A stretch of DNA of 64,000 nt from Polyangiaceae bacterium. GTDB taxonomy: Bacteria; Myxococcota_A; Polyangia; Polyangiales; Polyangiaceae. The notes under the pieces were generated by a model. It did no database searches. It was not told where the DNA came from and saw only the letters and a list, made by a program, of their open reading frames with translations. Position numbers and translations under genes: made by a program. This document shows positions 53,935 through 63,971 of the stretch, piece by piece; the first letter of the stretch is position 1, and each line of letters opens with the position of its first letter. The stretch covers positions 7,575 to 71,574 of the forward strand of contig JAYTHX010000316.1 in the NCBI GenBank assembly GCA_043732195.1. Reading direction: 5' to 3'.

Positions 53935-54918
53935 GGTGCTCCTGTCCTTCGGCCGATCACTTGATGTTGTAGTCGAGGTTATGTTCTGGCCCTTGCGGTT
54001 CACCTGCACGACCAGCTTGTCCGCCGTGCGGAGGCGCGCATAGGCCTCGAGCGCCTTCTCGGGGCTCGCCATGTCGAAGCCGTTGATCGTCTGGAGGCGA
54101 TCACCGTTCTCCATGCCCAGCGTGCCGAGAAGCGTCTCGGGACGGATGCCGAACATGCGGATGCCGACGACCTTGCCGTTCTCCTGCTCGGGGACGATGC
54201 GCGCCTGGCGCATCAGCTCCGACTGGTTCTCGAGGATCTTGTCGACGACGCCGCGGTCGATGTTGAACTCCGTCGCCGAGACGCGCTGGATGCCCTTTGC
54301 GAGCGCGGGGTCGAGGCCGGGCGCGCCGCCCTTGGGCGCGGAGGCCGCGGGCGCGGCGACGGGCGCGGCGGCGACCGGGATGTCGGCCGGCTTGAAGAGC
54401 TGCGCCTGGCAGAGCGAGCCGCTGTTCTGGAACCACACGCGGTCCCACCCGACGAAGTGGATCGTCTTGCCGCCGATCTCGCCGCCGCGACGACGGAGCA
54501 CGGACTTCGGCTCACCGCCGGCGGTGACCGCGGCGAAGGACCAGTCCGGATCGCTCGAGGCCGCGATGACGAGGACCTTCACGCCCTCGCACTGGGGCGC
54601 GTTGAAGGGGTCGCTCGTGTCGAGCGTGGCGTTCGAGGCGACGTTCGTGTCGTCGACGGGCGGCGGCTTCAGCGAGCCGGTGACGTGATCGAACGGGTTG
54701 CGGTTGAGGATCGGCTCGGCAGAGACGTTGCGCGCCGAGGCGTTGCTCATGGGGACCGTCTTCGCGACGGGCGGCGGCGCCGCGAGCGTCTTGTCGTCGG
54801 GCGTGAGGCTGATGCCGACGAGCTGCGTGACGGCCTGCGCGTTGAGCAACGCCGCGGTCGCGACGAGCGGCAAGACGACGAGCCAGAAGTTCTTGCGGAG
54901 GAGCTGATCGACGGCCAT
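53737..54918 (-). CDS. gspC: type II secretion system protein GspC (TM, HR-like and PDZ domains); as given, the ORF reads through into the small TM ORF
   Basis: Start at ATG 54918 (MAVDQLLRKNFWLVVLPLVATAALL). PDZ-like GVVGIRMFGIRPETLLGTLGMENGDRLQTINGF. After ..VNRKGQNIT the ORF frame has A/T-ending codons (act aca aca tca agt gat). The adjacent frame reads ctc gac tac aac atc aag tga (LDYNIK-stop at 53957) with perfect GC3. Confidence 0.7.
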   Translation of the reverse strand: MAVDQLLRKNFWLVVLPLVATAALLNAQAVTQLVGISLTPDDKTLAAPPPVAKTVPMSNASARNVSAEPILNRNPFDHVTGSLKPPPVDDTNVASNATLDTSDPFNAPQCEGVKVLVIAASSDPDWSFAAVTAGGEPKSVLRRRGGEIGGKTIHFVGWDRVWFQNSGSLCQAQLFKPADIPVAAAPVAAPAASAPKGGAPGLDPALAKGIQRVSATEFNIDRGVVDKILENQSELMRQARIVPEQENGKVVGIRMFGIRPETLLGTLGMENGDRLQTINGFDMASPEKALEAYARLRTADKLVVQVNRKGQNITSTTTSSDRPKDRSTMSNTEAKNSTLTTRTLRTVGVLVAACVIFVGVLSVVAVAVTSRALNAGGAAQATDTPAVKKPLSI

Positions 54919-54942
54919 GACGGGGGATCCACGCGGGGCTGT

Positions 54943-54958
54943 TGCGAGGCGCATGCCA
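54943..54958 (-). promoter_or_regulatory. candidate sigma54 (-24/-12) promoter upstream of gspC
   Basis: The minus strand reads TGGCATGCGCCTCGCA against the consensus TGGCAC-N5-TTGCW. GG and GC have the exact spacing, and the GC lies 26 nt upstream of ATG 54918. A sigma54 EBP gene is immediately upstream. Confidence 0.45.
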
Positions 54959-55076
54959 CCAAGAAAACCGCGGTTAATCCAGGCTTATTTGCGCTGTGGA
55001 GAACGATGCGTTCGCCACGTTGGCGAGGAGCGAGACGCGGACGGACGCCCTCTGCCAAAGTGACAACGGGAATGAG

Positions 55077-55135
55077 CTGACAGCCAACAGCTGACAGCTG
55101 AGCGCGAGACGAGTCTCTCTCGAAGCCGTCCGCTG

Positions 55136-55139
<4 letters not shown>
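55077..55139. repeat. heptamer-array element, copy C
   Basis: ctgacag-ccaacag-ctgacag-ctgagcg, then the spacer cgagacgagtctctctcgaagccgtccg, then ctgtcag. The last heptamer overlaps the EBP stop codon. Confidence 0.8.
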
Positions 55140-56611
<1,472 letters not shown>

Positions 56612-56668
56612 TCCGTCGAAGCGCGTGACACTACGGCAAGCTGGTAAACGTCCGTAAGAACGTGCGAA

Positions 56669-57226
56669 TCAGCGCAAGAGCCTCGAGAGTGCCTTGAACT
56701 CTTCCGTTCCGGCGCGCTCCAGGAGGTCGAAGATCACCGTCTCGGTGGCGGTCACGGCCGCTCCCGCGCGTTGGCAGAGCTCGAGGCCGAGGCGCCGGTT
56801 CTCCTCGGTGCGGGAGGCCACCGCGTCCGCCACCACGTGCGTCGCGTACCCGCGCTTCACCAGCTCGCGCGCGGTCTGGAAGACGCAAACGTGGCTCTCC
56901 ATCCCGACCACCACCACGCTCTTCGCGCCCGCGTCGGCCAGCGCGCGCGCGATCGCCAGATCCGAGCATGCGTCGAACGTGAGCTTGGGCAGCGGCGTCA
57001 CGTTAAGCGTCGCGAGGCGCGCGGCGAGCGGCGCAATCGTGGGCCCCAGCCCCTTCGGGTACTGCTCGCTGGCGAGCACGCAGACGCCCAGCTTGGCGGC
57101 CGCCTCCAGGAGGAGCGCCGCGTTCTTCACGAGCGTCGCGAGCGTCGCCTCCGGCATGGCCGTCGCGAGCTTCTCCTGCACGTCGACGACGAGCAGCACC
57201 GTCGACAAGGGCAGCAGTCTCTCCAT
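56669..57226 (-). CDS. isochorismatase-family hydrolase
   Basis: LLVVDVQEKL, VVVVGMESHVCVFQTA (catalytic Cys). Start at ATG 57226. Confidence 0.8.
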   Translation of the reverse strand: MERLLPLSTVLLVVDVQEKLATAMPEATLATLVKNAALLLEAAAKLGVCVLASEQYPKGLGPTIAPLAARLATLNVTPLPKLTFDACSDLAIARALADAGAKSVVVVGMESHVCVFQTARELVKRGYATHVVADAVASRTEENRRLGLELCQRAGAAVTATETVIFDLLERAGTEEFKALSRLLR

Positions 57227-57228
57227 GA

Positions 57229-57717
57229 TCAGTCCAGTCCGCTCGCGAGCCGCGAGATGCGCATGCGGGGCCGGAACGACTTCACGAGCGCGCCGAGATC
57301 GTTCTTCGGATCGAAGCGCAGCACCGCACGCCCGACCTCGACGCCCGCCTCGTCGAAGAGGCTTGCGGGGAGGATGGTGAGCGAGTCGACGGCGTCGTGC
57401 ACGAAGAAGTCTCGCTGACCGCGGAGCCGGTAGGTGCGCCCGTCGTCGCCCTCGAAGGTGAGGTCGTAGGGGATGCGCTTCTCGTCGAAGAGCTTCATGG
57501 CGAGCGAGCCCGCGAGCTCGACGCCGCCTGCCTCGCGCGTGGCGAGGCCCTCGGCATGGATGCGCCCCTTCGCCTCGACCCGGCGCTCGCGGAGGAAGCG
57601 GCGTAGCCCGTTCACCCCGAGGCGCAGCGAGAGGCGCATCGCGTGATCGCGCAACGGGTCGTCGAGCCGGTAGTAGCTGCCGGAGAAGGACTCGGCGAGC
57701 TGGAAGCCGAGGCCCAT
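57229..57717 (-). CDS. hypothetical protein
   Basis: 162 aa from ATG 57717 (MGLGFQLAESFSGSYYRLDD..), good GC3. The stop lies 2 nt before the next start. No family recognised. Confidence 0.5.
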   Translation of the reverse strand: MGLGFQLAESFSGSYYRLDDPLRDHAMRLSLRLGVNGLRRFLRERRVEAKGRIHAEGLATREAGGVELAGSLAMKLFDEKRIPYDLTFEGDDGRTYRLRGQRDFFVHDAVDSLTILPASLFDEAGVEVGRAVLRFDPKNDLGALVKSFRPRMRISRLASGLD

Positions 57718-57838
57718 CAAGCCACCTGCCCGGACGTGGATACGCGATGCGGCATTGCGGTCGGAAGCGTGCGCGCGCGGGGCCGCCCGCGTCAAGTCGC
57801 CCTTGCAGCCGCGCGCGGGACGGTGGAATGGTCCCGCC

Positions 57839-58888
57839 ATGACCCACGCCAAGTCCCCCCAGACCTCCTCGGCCCTCGCGTCCCGCACGTCGCCCCGGCT
57901 TCTCCTCGCGACGCTGCTCGGCGCGACGCTCGCCGCGACCGTCTACGCATGCGGCGGCGGTAACGACAACCTTCCCCCGCCCCCGCCGCCGCCCCCGCCG
58001 CCGGCCTCGGCGTCCGCGGCCCCGCTCGCGACGACGCCGCTCAATTCGACGGCACCGAGCAAGGCGCCCGCGCCGCCGATCACGCTGACGCCGGGCGCCG
58101 CGAGCCCCGATCCCGCCGCGCCGCTCCCGACCGTGAAGCTCTCCGCGCCCGCGAAGGACCAGGTCATCGACGCCGCGAAGGCCGGCGACTTCGCCGTCAA
58201 GCTGGACGTGAAGAACTGGCAGACCGCGAAGGGCTCGAGCCACGTCCACCTCATTCTCGACAACAAGCCTTACAAGGCGATCTACGACACGAAGGAGCCC
58301 GTGAAGCTCAGCGAGCTCGCCGCCGGCGAGGCGCTCGCCGAGGGCCTGCACGTCCTCGTCGCGTTCCCGAGCCGCGCGAACCACGAGTCGGTGAAGACCA
58401 AGGACGCGCTCACCGTGGTGCCGTTCTGGGTCGGCAAGAAGAACGCGACCACCGTCGACCCGACCAAGAAGCCGATGCTCATCTTCAGCCGCCCGAAGGG
58501 TGACTACAACGGCGAGATGGCGAACCACGTCCTCGTCGACTTCCAGGTCGCGAACGTGACCCTCGCGGAGGGCAAGGAGCACGTGCGCGTGACCGTCAGC
58601 GGCCTCGGCATCGACAAGCCGATCGAGGGCAGCGTCGAGAAGTTCGGTACGCCGCTATATCTCGACAACCTCCAGAACGGCACCTACACGTTGAAGGTCG
58701 AGCTGCTCGACGGCACGAACAAGCTGATCGAGGGCCCCTGGAACGCGACGACGCGCACCATCAAGGTCGACCACGACGCGCCGATGGACATGTCGATGGC
58801 GATGCCGTCGGCCGACGCGGGCGCGCCCGAGGGCGGCGCCGCCAAGCCGGCCGCGGCCGCGAAGGACGCGGGCGCGCCGAAGAAGTGA
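57839..58888 (+). CDS. hypothetical lipoprotein with a poly-Pro linker
   Basis: ATG 57839, lipobox LAATVYAC, a run of 11 Pro, then beta-rich domains. Confidence 0.65.
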   Translation: MTHAKSPQTSSALASRTSPRLLLATLLGATLAATVYACGGGNDNLPPPPPPPPPPASASAAPLATTPLNSTAPSKAPAPPITLTPGAASPDPAAPLPTVKLSAPAKDQVIDAAKAGDFAVKLDVKNWQTAKGSSHVHLILDNKPYKAIYDTKEPVKLSELAAGEALAEGLHVLVAFPSRANHESVKTKDALTVVPFWVGKKNATTVDPTKKPMLIFSRPKGDYNGEMANHVLVDFQVANVTLAEGKEHVRVTVSGLGIDKPIEGSVEKFGTPLYLDNLQNGTYTLKVELLDGTNKLIEGPWNATTRTIKVDHDAPMDMSMAMPSADAGAPEGGAAKPAAAAKDAGAPKK

Positions 58889-58895
58889 GCCACCA

Positions 58896-60197
58896 ATGAG
58901 GGCACCTCTCTCGCGTGAAGACGTCGTGCGCCTCGATCGGGCGCACGTCTGGCATCCGTACACGCCCGTCGACACGTGGGAGAAGGCGACGCCCATCGTG
59001 GTGGCGCGCGCCGAGGGCTCGTCGTTCTACGACGCCGACGGCACGCGCTACCTCGACGCGAACTCCTCGTGGTGGGTGGCCTCGCTCGGCCATGGTCACC
59101 CGCGCCTCGTGAAGGCCTTGCGCGAGCAGGTCGAGACGCTCGTGCACTGCCCGCTTGCCGGGATCGCGCACGAGCCGTCCTCGGCGCTCGCCGCCGAGCT
59201 CGTGAAGGTGGCGCCGAAGGGGCTCAACCGCGTGTTCTACACCGACGACGGCTCGACCGCGGTCGAGGTCGCGGTGAAGCTCGCCCTCCAGACGTGGCAG
59301 AACCGCGGCGCGCCGCGCAAGACGCGCTTCGTCGCGCTCGACGGCGCGTACCACGGCGACACGGTCGGCGCGTCGAGCCTGGGCAGCGTGGAGCTCTTCC
59401 GGCGTCCCTACGCGAGCGTGCTGTTCGAGTGCGTCCACGCGCCCTTCCCCGAGCCGCAGGCGTACGCGCGCGCCTTCGAGGCCATCGAGGACCTCGTGAC
59501 GCGCGAGCACGACACCATCGCCGCGGTGGTGGTCGAGCCGCTCGTGCAGGGCGCAGCGGGCATGCGCATGTACGATCCTGCGTACCTGGGCGCGCTCCGC
59601 GAGCTCACCACGAGGCACGACGTGCTGCTGGTGGTCGACGAGGTGTTCGCCGGCTACGGCCGCACCGGCACCATGTTCGCGTGCGAACAGGCAGGCATCT
59701 CGCCCGACGTGATGTGCATCGGCAAGGCGTTCTCCACGATGTTCCCGATGGCAGCGACGCTCGTGACCGACGCCATCTACGACTCCTTCCGCGGCAGCAC
59801 CGAGCGCGCGCTCTGGTACGGCCACACGTTCTGCGGCAACCCGCTCGGTGCCACGCTCGCGCGCGAGGTGCTCGCGATCTACGAGGACGAGCAGGTGGTG
59901 GCGCAGGCGAAAGCGAAGGCGCCGCGCATCGCCGCCGCGTTCGAGCGCCTGCGCGAGCTGCCGGGCGTGGCGCGCGTGCGCAGCCTCGGCATGATCGGCG
60001 CGGCCGATCTCGAGGCCGCCGGCGGCTATCTGGGCCAGGTCGGCTGGCAGATCTACGAGGAGGCGCGGAAGCGCGGCGCGTACCTGCGACCGCTGGGCAA
60101 CACCATCTACGTGTGCCCGCCGCTCGTGATCAGCGACCGCGATCTCGACGATCTGCTCGGCATCGTCGAGGAGAGCGCGCGCGCCGTGCTCGCGTGA
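58896..60197 (+). CDS. bioA: adenosylmethionine-8-amino-7-oxononanoate aminotransferase
   Basis: HVWHPYT, class-III aminotransferase motifs, DEVFAGYGRTG, and the PLP lysine context CIGKAFS. Confidence 0.85.
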   Translation: MRAPLSREDVVRLDRAHVWHPYTPVDTWEKATPIVVARAEGSSFYDADGTRYLDANSSWWVASLGHGHPRLVKALREQVETLVHCPLAGIAHEPSSALAAELVKVAPKGLNRVFYTDDGSTAVEVAVKLALQTWQNRGAPRKTRFVALDGAYHGDTVGASSLGSVELFRRPYASVLFECVHAPFPEPQAYARAFEAIEDLVTREHDTIAAVVVEPLVQGAAGMRMYDPAYLGALRELTTRHDVLLVVDEVFAGYGRTGTMFACEQAGISPDVMCIGKAFSTMFPMAATLVTDAIYDSFRGSTERALWYGHTFCGNPLGATLAREVLAIYEDEQVVAQAKAKAPRIAAAFERLRELPGVARVRSLGMIGAADLEAAGGYLGQVGWQIYEEARKRGAYLRPLGNTIYVCPPLVISDRDLDDLLGIVEESARAVLA

Positions 60198-60593
60198 TCA
60201 GTTCGCGACCACCACGCTGCTCTTGTACATCCCCATCCCACACTGGAACGTGAGCGTCTGCTCCTTGTCGGTGGGAACGTTGATCGAGACGGCCTGCCCC
60301 TTCGGCAGCGCCTTCTTGATGTCGAGCTGAGGGAACACCACCTCGGTCGCGCAGGTCTCGTCGGTGGTGCGGGTGAAGACGAGCGTGGCGGGCGCGCCCT
60401 TCTTGAGCTTGACGGAGCTCGGCTTGAAGCCGTCGCTGTCGACGGTGATGGCGGTCGTGCCGCCCGATGCCGGCGCGACGGCCGAGGTCACCGCCGCCGA
60501 GGCCGCAGCCTCAGGCCTGGTCTCCGCTTTCTTTTCGCAGGCCGTAGCCACGAGGGAGAGGGTCGCGACACCGAAGACGAGAAGTAGACGCAT
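60198..60593 (-). CDS. cupredoxin-like domain lipoprotein
   Basis: ATG 60593, lipobox LSLVATAC. C-terminal ..TLVFTRTTDETCATEVVFP...TFQCGMGMYKSSVVV. Confidence 0.55.
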   Translation of the reverse strand: MRLLLVFGVATLSLVATACEKKAETRPEAAASAAVTSAVAPASGGTTAITVDSDGFKPSSVKLKKGAPATLVFTRTTDETCATEVVFPQLDIKKALPKGQAVSINVPTDKEQTLTFQCGMGMYKSSVVVAN

Positions 60594-60627
60594 TCCTTCT
60601 TGGTATCGCGATGTACCCTCACGCGCC

Positions 60628-61308
60628 ATGACGACGAAGCTCACGCTCAAGGGCCAGGACGGAACCGAGATCAACGGCGAGCTCGCGGAGCCCGCGGGCA
60701 CGGGGAAGGCGCCGGCGCTGGTGCTCATCCAGGAGTACTGGGGCATCAACGACCACATCCGCTCGCTCGCCGATCGCCTCGCGCAGGAAGGCTTCCTCGT
60801 GATCGCGCCGGACCTCTATCACGGCAAGCTCGCGAAGGACGCGGCCGAGGCCGGCGCGCTCATGACGGCGCTCGACACCTCCGCGGCGGTGAAGGAGATC
60901 GGCGCGACGGCCGAGTTCCTCAAGGCGCACGCGCGCGGCAACGGCAAGGTCGGCGTCATCGGCTTCTGCATGGGCGGCGCGCTGGCGCTCGCCTCGGCGT
61001 GCCATCTCGACGGCCTCTCGGCGGTGGTGCCTTTCTACGGCCTGCCGCCCGAGGAGAAGGTCGACTACGCGAAGGTCAGCGCGCCGATCCTGATGCACGT
61101 GGCCAAGCGCGACGCCTCGGTCACGGTGGAGAAGGCCGAGGCCGTGAAGAAAAAGCTGGAGGCCGCGGGCAAATCGATCACGCTCGAGATCTACGAGGCC
61201 GACCACGCCTTCGTGAACGACACGCGTCCGGAGGTCTACGACGAGAAGAACGCGAAGCTCGCGTGGTCGCGCTCGGTGGAGTTCCTAAAGAAGAACCTCG
61301 TAGTCTAG
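60628..61308 (+). CDS. dienelactone hydrolase family protein
   Basis: ATG 60628. LVLIQEYWGIN, nucleophile motif GFCMGG, HAF near the C-terminus. Confidence 0.85.
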   Translation: MTTKLTLKGQDGTEINGELAEPAGTGKAPALVLIQEYWGINDHIRSLADRLAQEGFLVIAPDLYHGKLAKDAAEAGALMTALDTSAAVKEIGATAEFLKAHARGNGKVGVIGFCMGGALALASACHLDGLSAVVPFYGLPPEEKVDYAKVSAPILMHVAKRDASVTVEKAEAVKKKLEAAGKSITLEIYEADHAFVNDTRPEVYDEKNAKLAWSRSVEFLKKNLVV

Positions 61309-61350
61309 TGGGGATGTGACTTGCCCGGCGCCTCTACGGACGTCCAGGCG

Positions 61351-62352
61351 TCATCCGACGGTGAGGCGCAGCTTCGCGAGCGTCGCAGCGACCGGCGCGT
61401 CCTCCCAGATGATCTGGTGCAGCGCCTCGAGGAGCGGGAGATCGCCGATGGCGTTCTCCTGCGCCCAGGTCCACGCGGTGGCGATGGCGGGGTAGCCCTC
61501 GGTGAGGTTACCGGCCGCGAGCATCTCGGCCGCGACCTGCTTTGCCGGCTTGCCCTTCCCTACCCCCTCGCCGAACGCGCGGTTGCGACCGGCCGCGGCG
61601 GTGACGTGGAGATCACCGACGCCCGGCGCGCCGAACACCGTCTCGGCGCGCCCGCCACCCCCGCGCACCAGCTTCGCCATCTCGAGGATGCCCTGCGAGA
61701 AGCACGCGGCGCGCGCGTTGTGGCAGTCGGCGCCGACGAGCCCGTCCCATAGCCCGAGCCCGGTCGCGTAGGCGTTCTTCATCGCGGAGCAGATCTCGGC
61801 GCCCGCGATGTCGTCGGTGGTATCGATGCGCATGTGCGCGGCGCTCATGGCGTCGCGACAGAAGCGCGCGTCGGCGTCGCTGCCGGCGAAGCACATCAGC
61901 GTGAGCACGCCGCGCGCGATCTCGAAGGCCTTCGCGGGGCCCGAGGCATGCACGAAGCGGACGGGACGTCCGAGCGTCTCGGCGACGACGCGGTCGATGC
62001 GGTCCATCTTCCCCGAAGCGGCCTTCAAGAAACCCTTGGAGACGCTCAGCACCGGGACGTCGGGGAGGTCGTCCTTCGCGCGCGTCATGACCGGCACCGC
62101 GCCCTCCGAGCTGACGCCGTGGACGACGAGCTCGGCGCCCTCCAGGGCGCGCTGGAGCTCGCCGGAGCGCAGCGGCACGATCCGCGGATCGAGCTTCATC
62201 TTGAGGCGCGGGTGATCCTGCTTCTGCTCCACCGCCTCGATCAGCGTGTCGTCGAGCCAGGTCCCCCAGAGGCGCACGTCGTGTCCGCAGGTCGCCGCCA
62301 CCTGCGCCATCGCGCTGCCCATGTAGCCCGCCCCGAGTACCGTCACGCGCAT
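61351..62352 (-). CDS. gpsA: NAD(P)H-dependent glycerol-3-phosphate dehydrogenase
   Basis: MRVTVLGAGYMGSAMA, SKG, and GDL..T motifs. Confidence 0.9.
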   Translation of the reverse strand: MRVTVLGAGYMGSAMAQVAATCGHDVRLWGTWLDDTLIEAVEQKQDHPRLKMKLDPRIVPLRSGELQRALEGAELVVHGVSSEGAVPVMTRAKDDLPDVPVLSVSKGFLKAASGKMDRIDRVVAETLGRPVRFVHASGPAKAFEIARGVLTLMCFAGSDADARFCRDAMSAAHMRIDTTDDIAGAEICSAMKNAYATGLGLWDGLVGADCHNARAACFSQGILEMAKLVRGGGGRAETVFGAPGVGDLHVTAAAGRNRAFGEGVGKGKPAKQVAAEMLAAGNLTEGYPAIATAWTWAQENAIGDLPLLEALHQIIWEDAPVAATLAKLRLTVG

Positions 62353-62370
62353 GAGGCGCGTCTAGCATGC

Positions 62371-63012
62371 TCAGGGCGGGTTGGCGCGCCCGCTGTTCTT
62401 CGCGCCCGTCAGCACGAGATCCACGAAGGCGGTCGCGGTCGCCATGTCGACCGCCTCGCCACGACGCAGCACGCGCGTCATCACCGGGGTGAAGATGGCG
62501 TCGAGGATGAGCGCGGCGTCCGCCGCGGGCGGGAGCTCACCGCGCTCCTGCGCTCGCACGATGAGCTTCGTGCGCTGGGCCAGCACGCTGTCGCGGAGGT
62601 TGCGGCTGATGCGCTCCACGTCGGGGTCGTTGCCCTCGGTGATGATGAGGCGCGTGAGCGCTCGCCCGTCGGCGGTCGCCACGAACGTGAGCGACCGGTG
62701 GAGGACCGCGATGAGGTCCTCGCGGATCGAGCCGGTGTCGGGCAGCGGCTCGTGATGCCCGGCGACGACGCTCACGGCAGCGGCCACGAGATCGGCCTTG
62801 GTCGGCCAACGCCGGTACACGGTCGTCTTGTTGACGCCGGCTCGCTCGGCGACGTCCTCGACGCGTAGCGCTACGTAACCGGTGCGGCCGAGCTCGCTTA
62901 TCGCGGCGCGGAGCACGTCACGGACGACACGCTCGCTACGACCGCCGACGCGAGCGCCGACGGTGCGGCGCGCAGCGCCTGCGAGCGGAGGCGAAGAGGC
63001 GGCGACGGACAT
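62371..63012 (-). CDS. TetR family transcriptional regulator
   Basis: HTH VEDVAERAGVNKTTVYRRWPTKADLV. Start at ATG 63012. Confidence 0.85.
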   Translation of the reverse strand: MSVAASSPPLAGAARRTVGARVGGRSERVVRDVLRAAISELGRTGYVALRVEDVAERAGVNKTTVYRRWPTKADLVAAAVSVVAGHHEPLPDTGSIREDLIAVLHRSLTFVATADGRALTRLIITEGNDPDVERISRNLRDSVLAQRTKLIVRAQERGELPPAADAALILDAIFTPVMTRVLRRGEAVDMATATAFVDLVLTGAKNSGRANPP

Positions 63013-63135
63013 GAAAGACAGAATGGCAACACCACGTTGCCATTTCAAGCCCGTCGACGTGCCCTTGTTGCAACAGTGTCCTCATCCGCGCTCGCGCGAT
63101 ACGTCGGCGCGCGCGAACCGCGGCGCCGCCGCGCA

Positions 63136-63458
63136 GTCGTCGCTCAGGACGTGGGCGCCGCAACGGCGATCTACAAGCTCACGCGTCAGCTCGGCGGCAG
63201 CATCGGAGTGACGCTGCTCGCGACGTCGCTCGGTGATCGCCAGGCGTTCCACCGGTCCGTCCTCGTCGACCACGTCTCGACGACCGATCGTCCGTCCAGC
63301 AGCGCCTGCGCGCGCTCATCTCGGGCTTCGCCCAGAAGGCCGCGGACTTTGCGCTCGCGAAGCAGCGCGCCCTCATGATGCTGGACAGATCGATCAACGC
63401 GCAGGCCTCGGTCGTCCACTTGGTCCACGCCTTCGTCAGGCTGAACCCCGTGATGTAG
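63136..63458 (+). pseudogene. remnant of a DHA2/EmrB-type MFS efflux transporter (C-terminal ~105 codons only, with a frameshift)
   Basis: AIYKLTRQLGGSIGVTLLATSLGDRQAFHRSVLVDHV (frame 1). The sequence then shifts near 63295 to VQQRLRALISGFAQKAADFALAKQRALMMLDRSINAQASV.. (frame 0), with a premature stop at 63458. The ~400 N-terminal codons are absent; the TetR start is only 120 bp away. Confidence 0.55.
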
Positions 63459-63629
63459 CTCGCGGCGGCGGGGCTGAGCGCGACGTTGCCGGTGACCTTC
63501 GACGGAGATGCTGGCGCCATCGCCTCGCGGAAGGTAGCGGTGATGCCGCCGACCACGCTGATGGAACCGGTTTCGGCCGGTTCGCGGCTGCGCCTTGCGC
63601 CTCACACGCGGCGGTCGCGCCCGAGCATG

Positions 63630-63663
63630 AAAAAAGCCGGAAAGACCCTGGGTCCTTCCGGCT
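63630..63663 (-). terminator. rho-independent terminator downstream of tRNA-Pro
   Basis: A 13-bp stem agccggaaagacc/ggtccttccggct (one mismatch) with a 3-nt loop, followed on the minus strand by T6. It lies 10 nt after the tRNA 3' end. Confidence 0.75.
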
Positions 63664-63670
63664 TCTCGTC

Positions 63671-63746
<76 letters not shown>

Positions 63747-63755
63747 CGAAGGCAG

Positions 63756-63787
63756 CTTATATGCGTCGGCAGGGCCCTGGCCGTCAA
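63756..63787 (-). promoter_or_regulatory. candidate sigma70-type promoter of tRNA-Pro
   Basis: The minus strand has TTGACG (63787-63782), then 17-19 nt, then an A/T-rich CATATAAG (63763-63756). It ends about 10 nt upstream of the tRNA 5' end. Confidence 0.4.
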
Positions 63788-63971
63788 CGTGAATTGCGAG
63801 AAAACGCCGTTCCAGCTTCCCTGCAATCATCCAACAATGCAGGACTCCTACCTATTTTGGGGGATGGATCGCTAGGGTCCCTTCAATCCCAGCGGAACTC
63901 TGTCAAGCTACACTGTAATGACGTCCTGGCGGATCGCCGCCTGAGCTTCTTTCCCGACGGAGACGAACGAC

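Noticed and set aside
63179-63556. 125-aa minus-strand ORF between TetR and tRNA-Pro.
   Set aside because: It is antisense to the MFS remnant, whose plus-strand frames carry recognisable EmrB-type C-terminal motifs. The C-terminal half of the minus ORF has poor GC3 and is Arg-rich.
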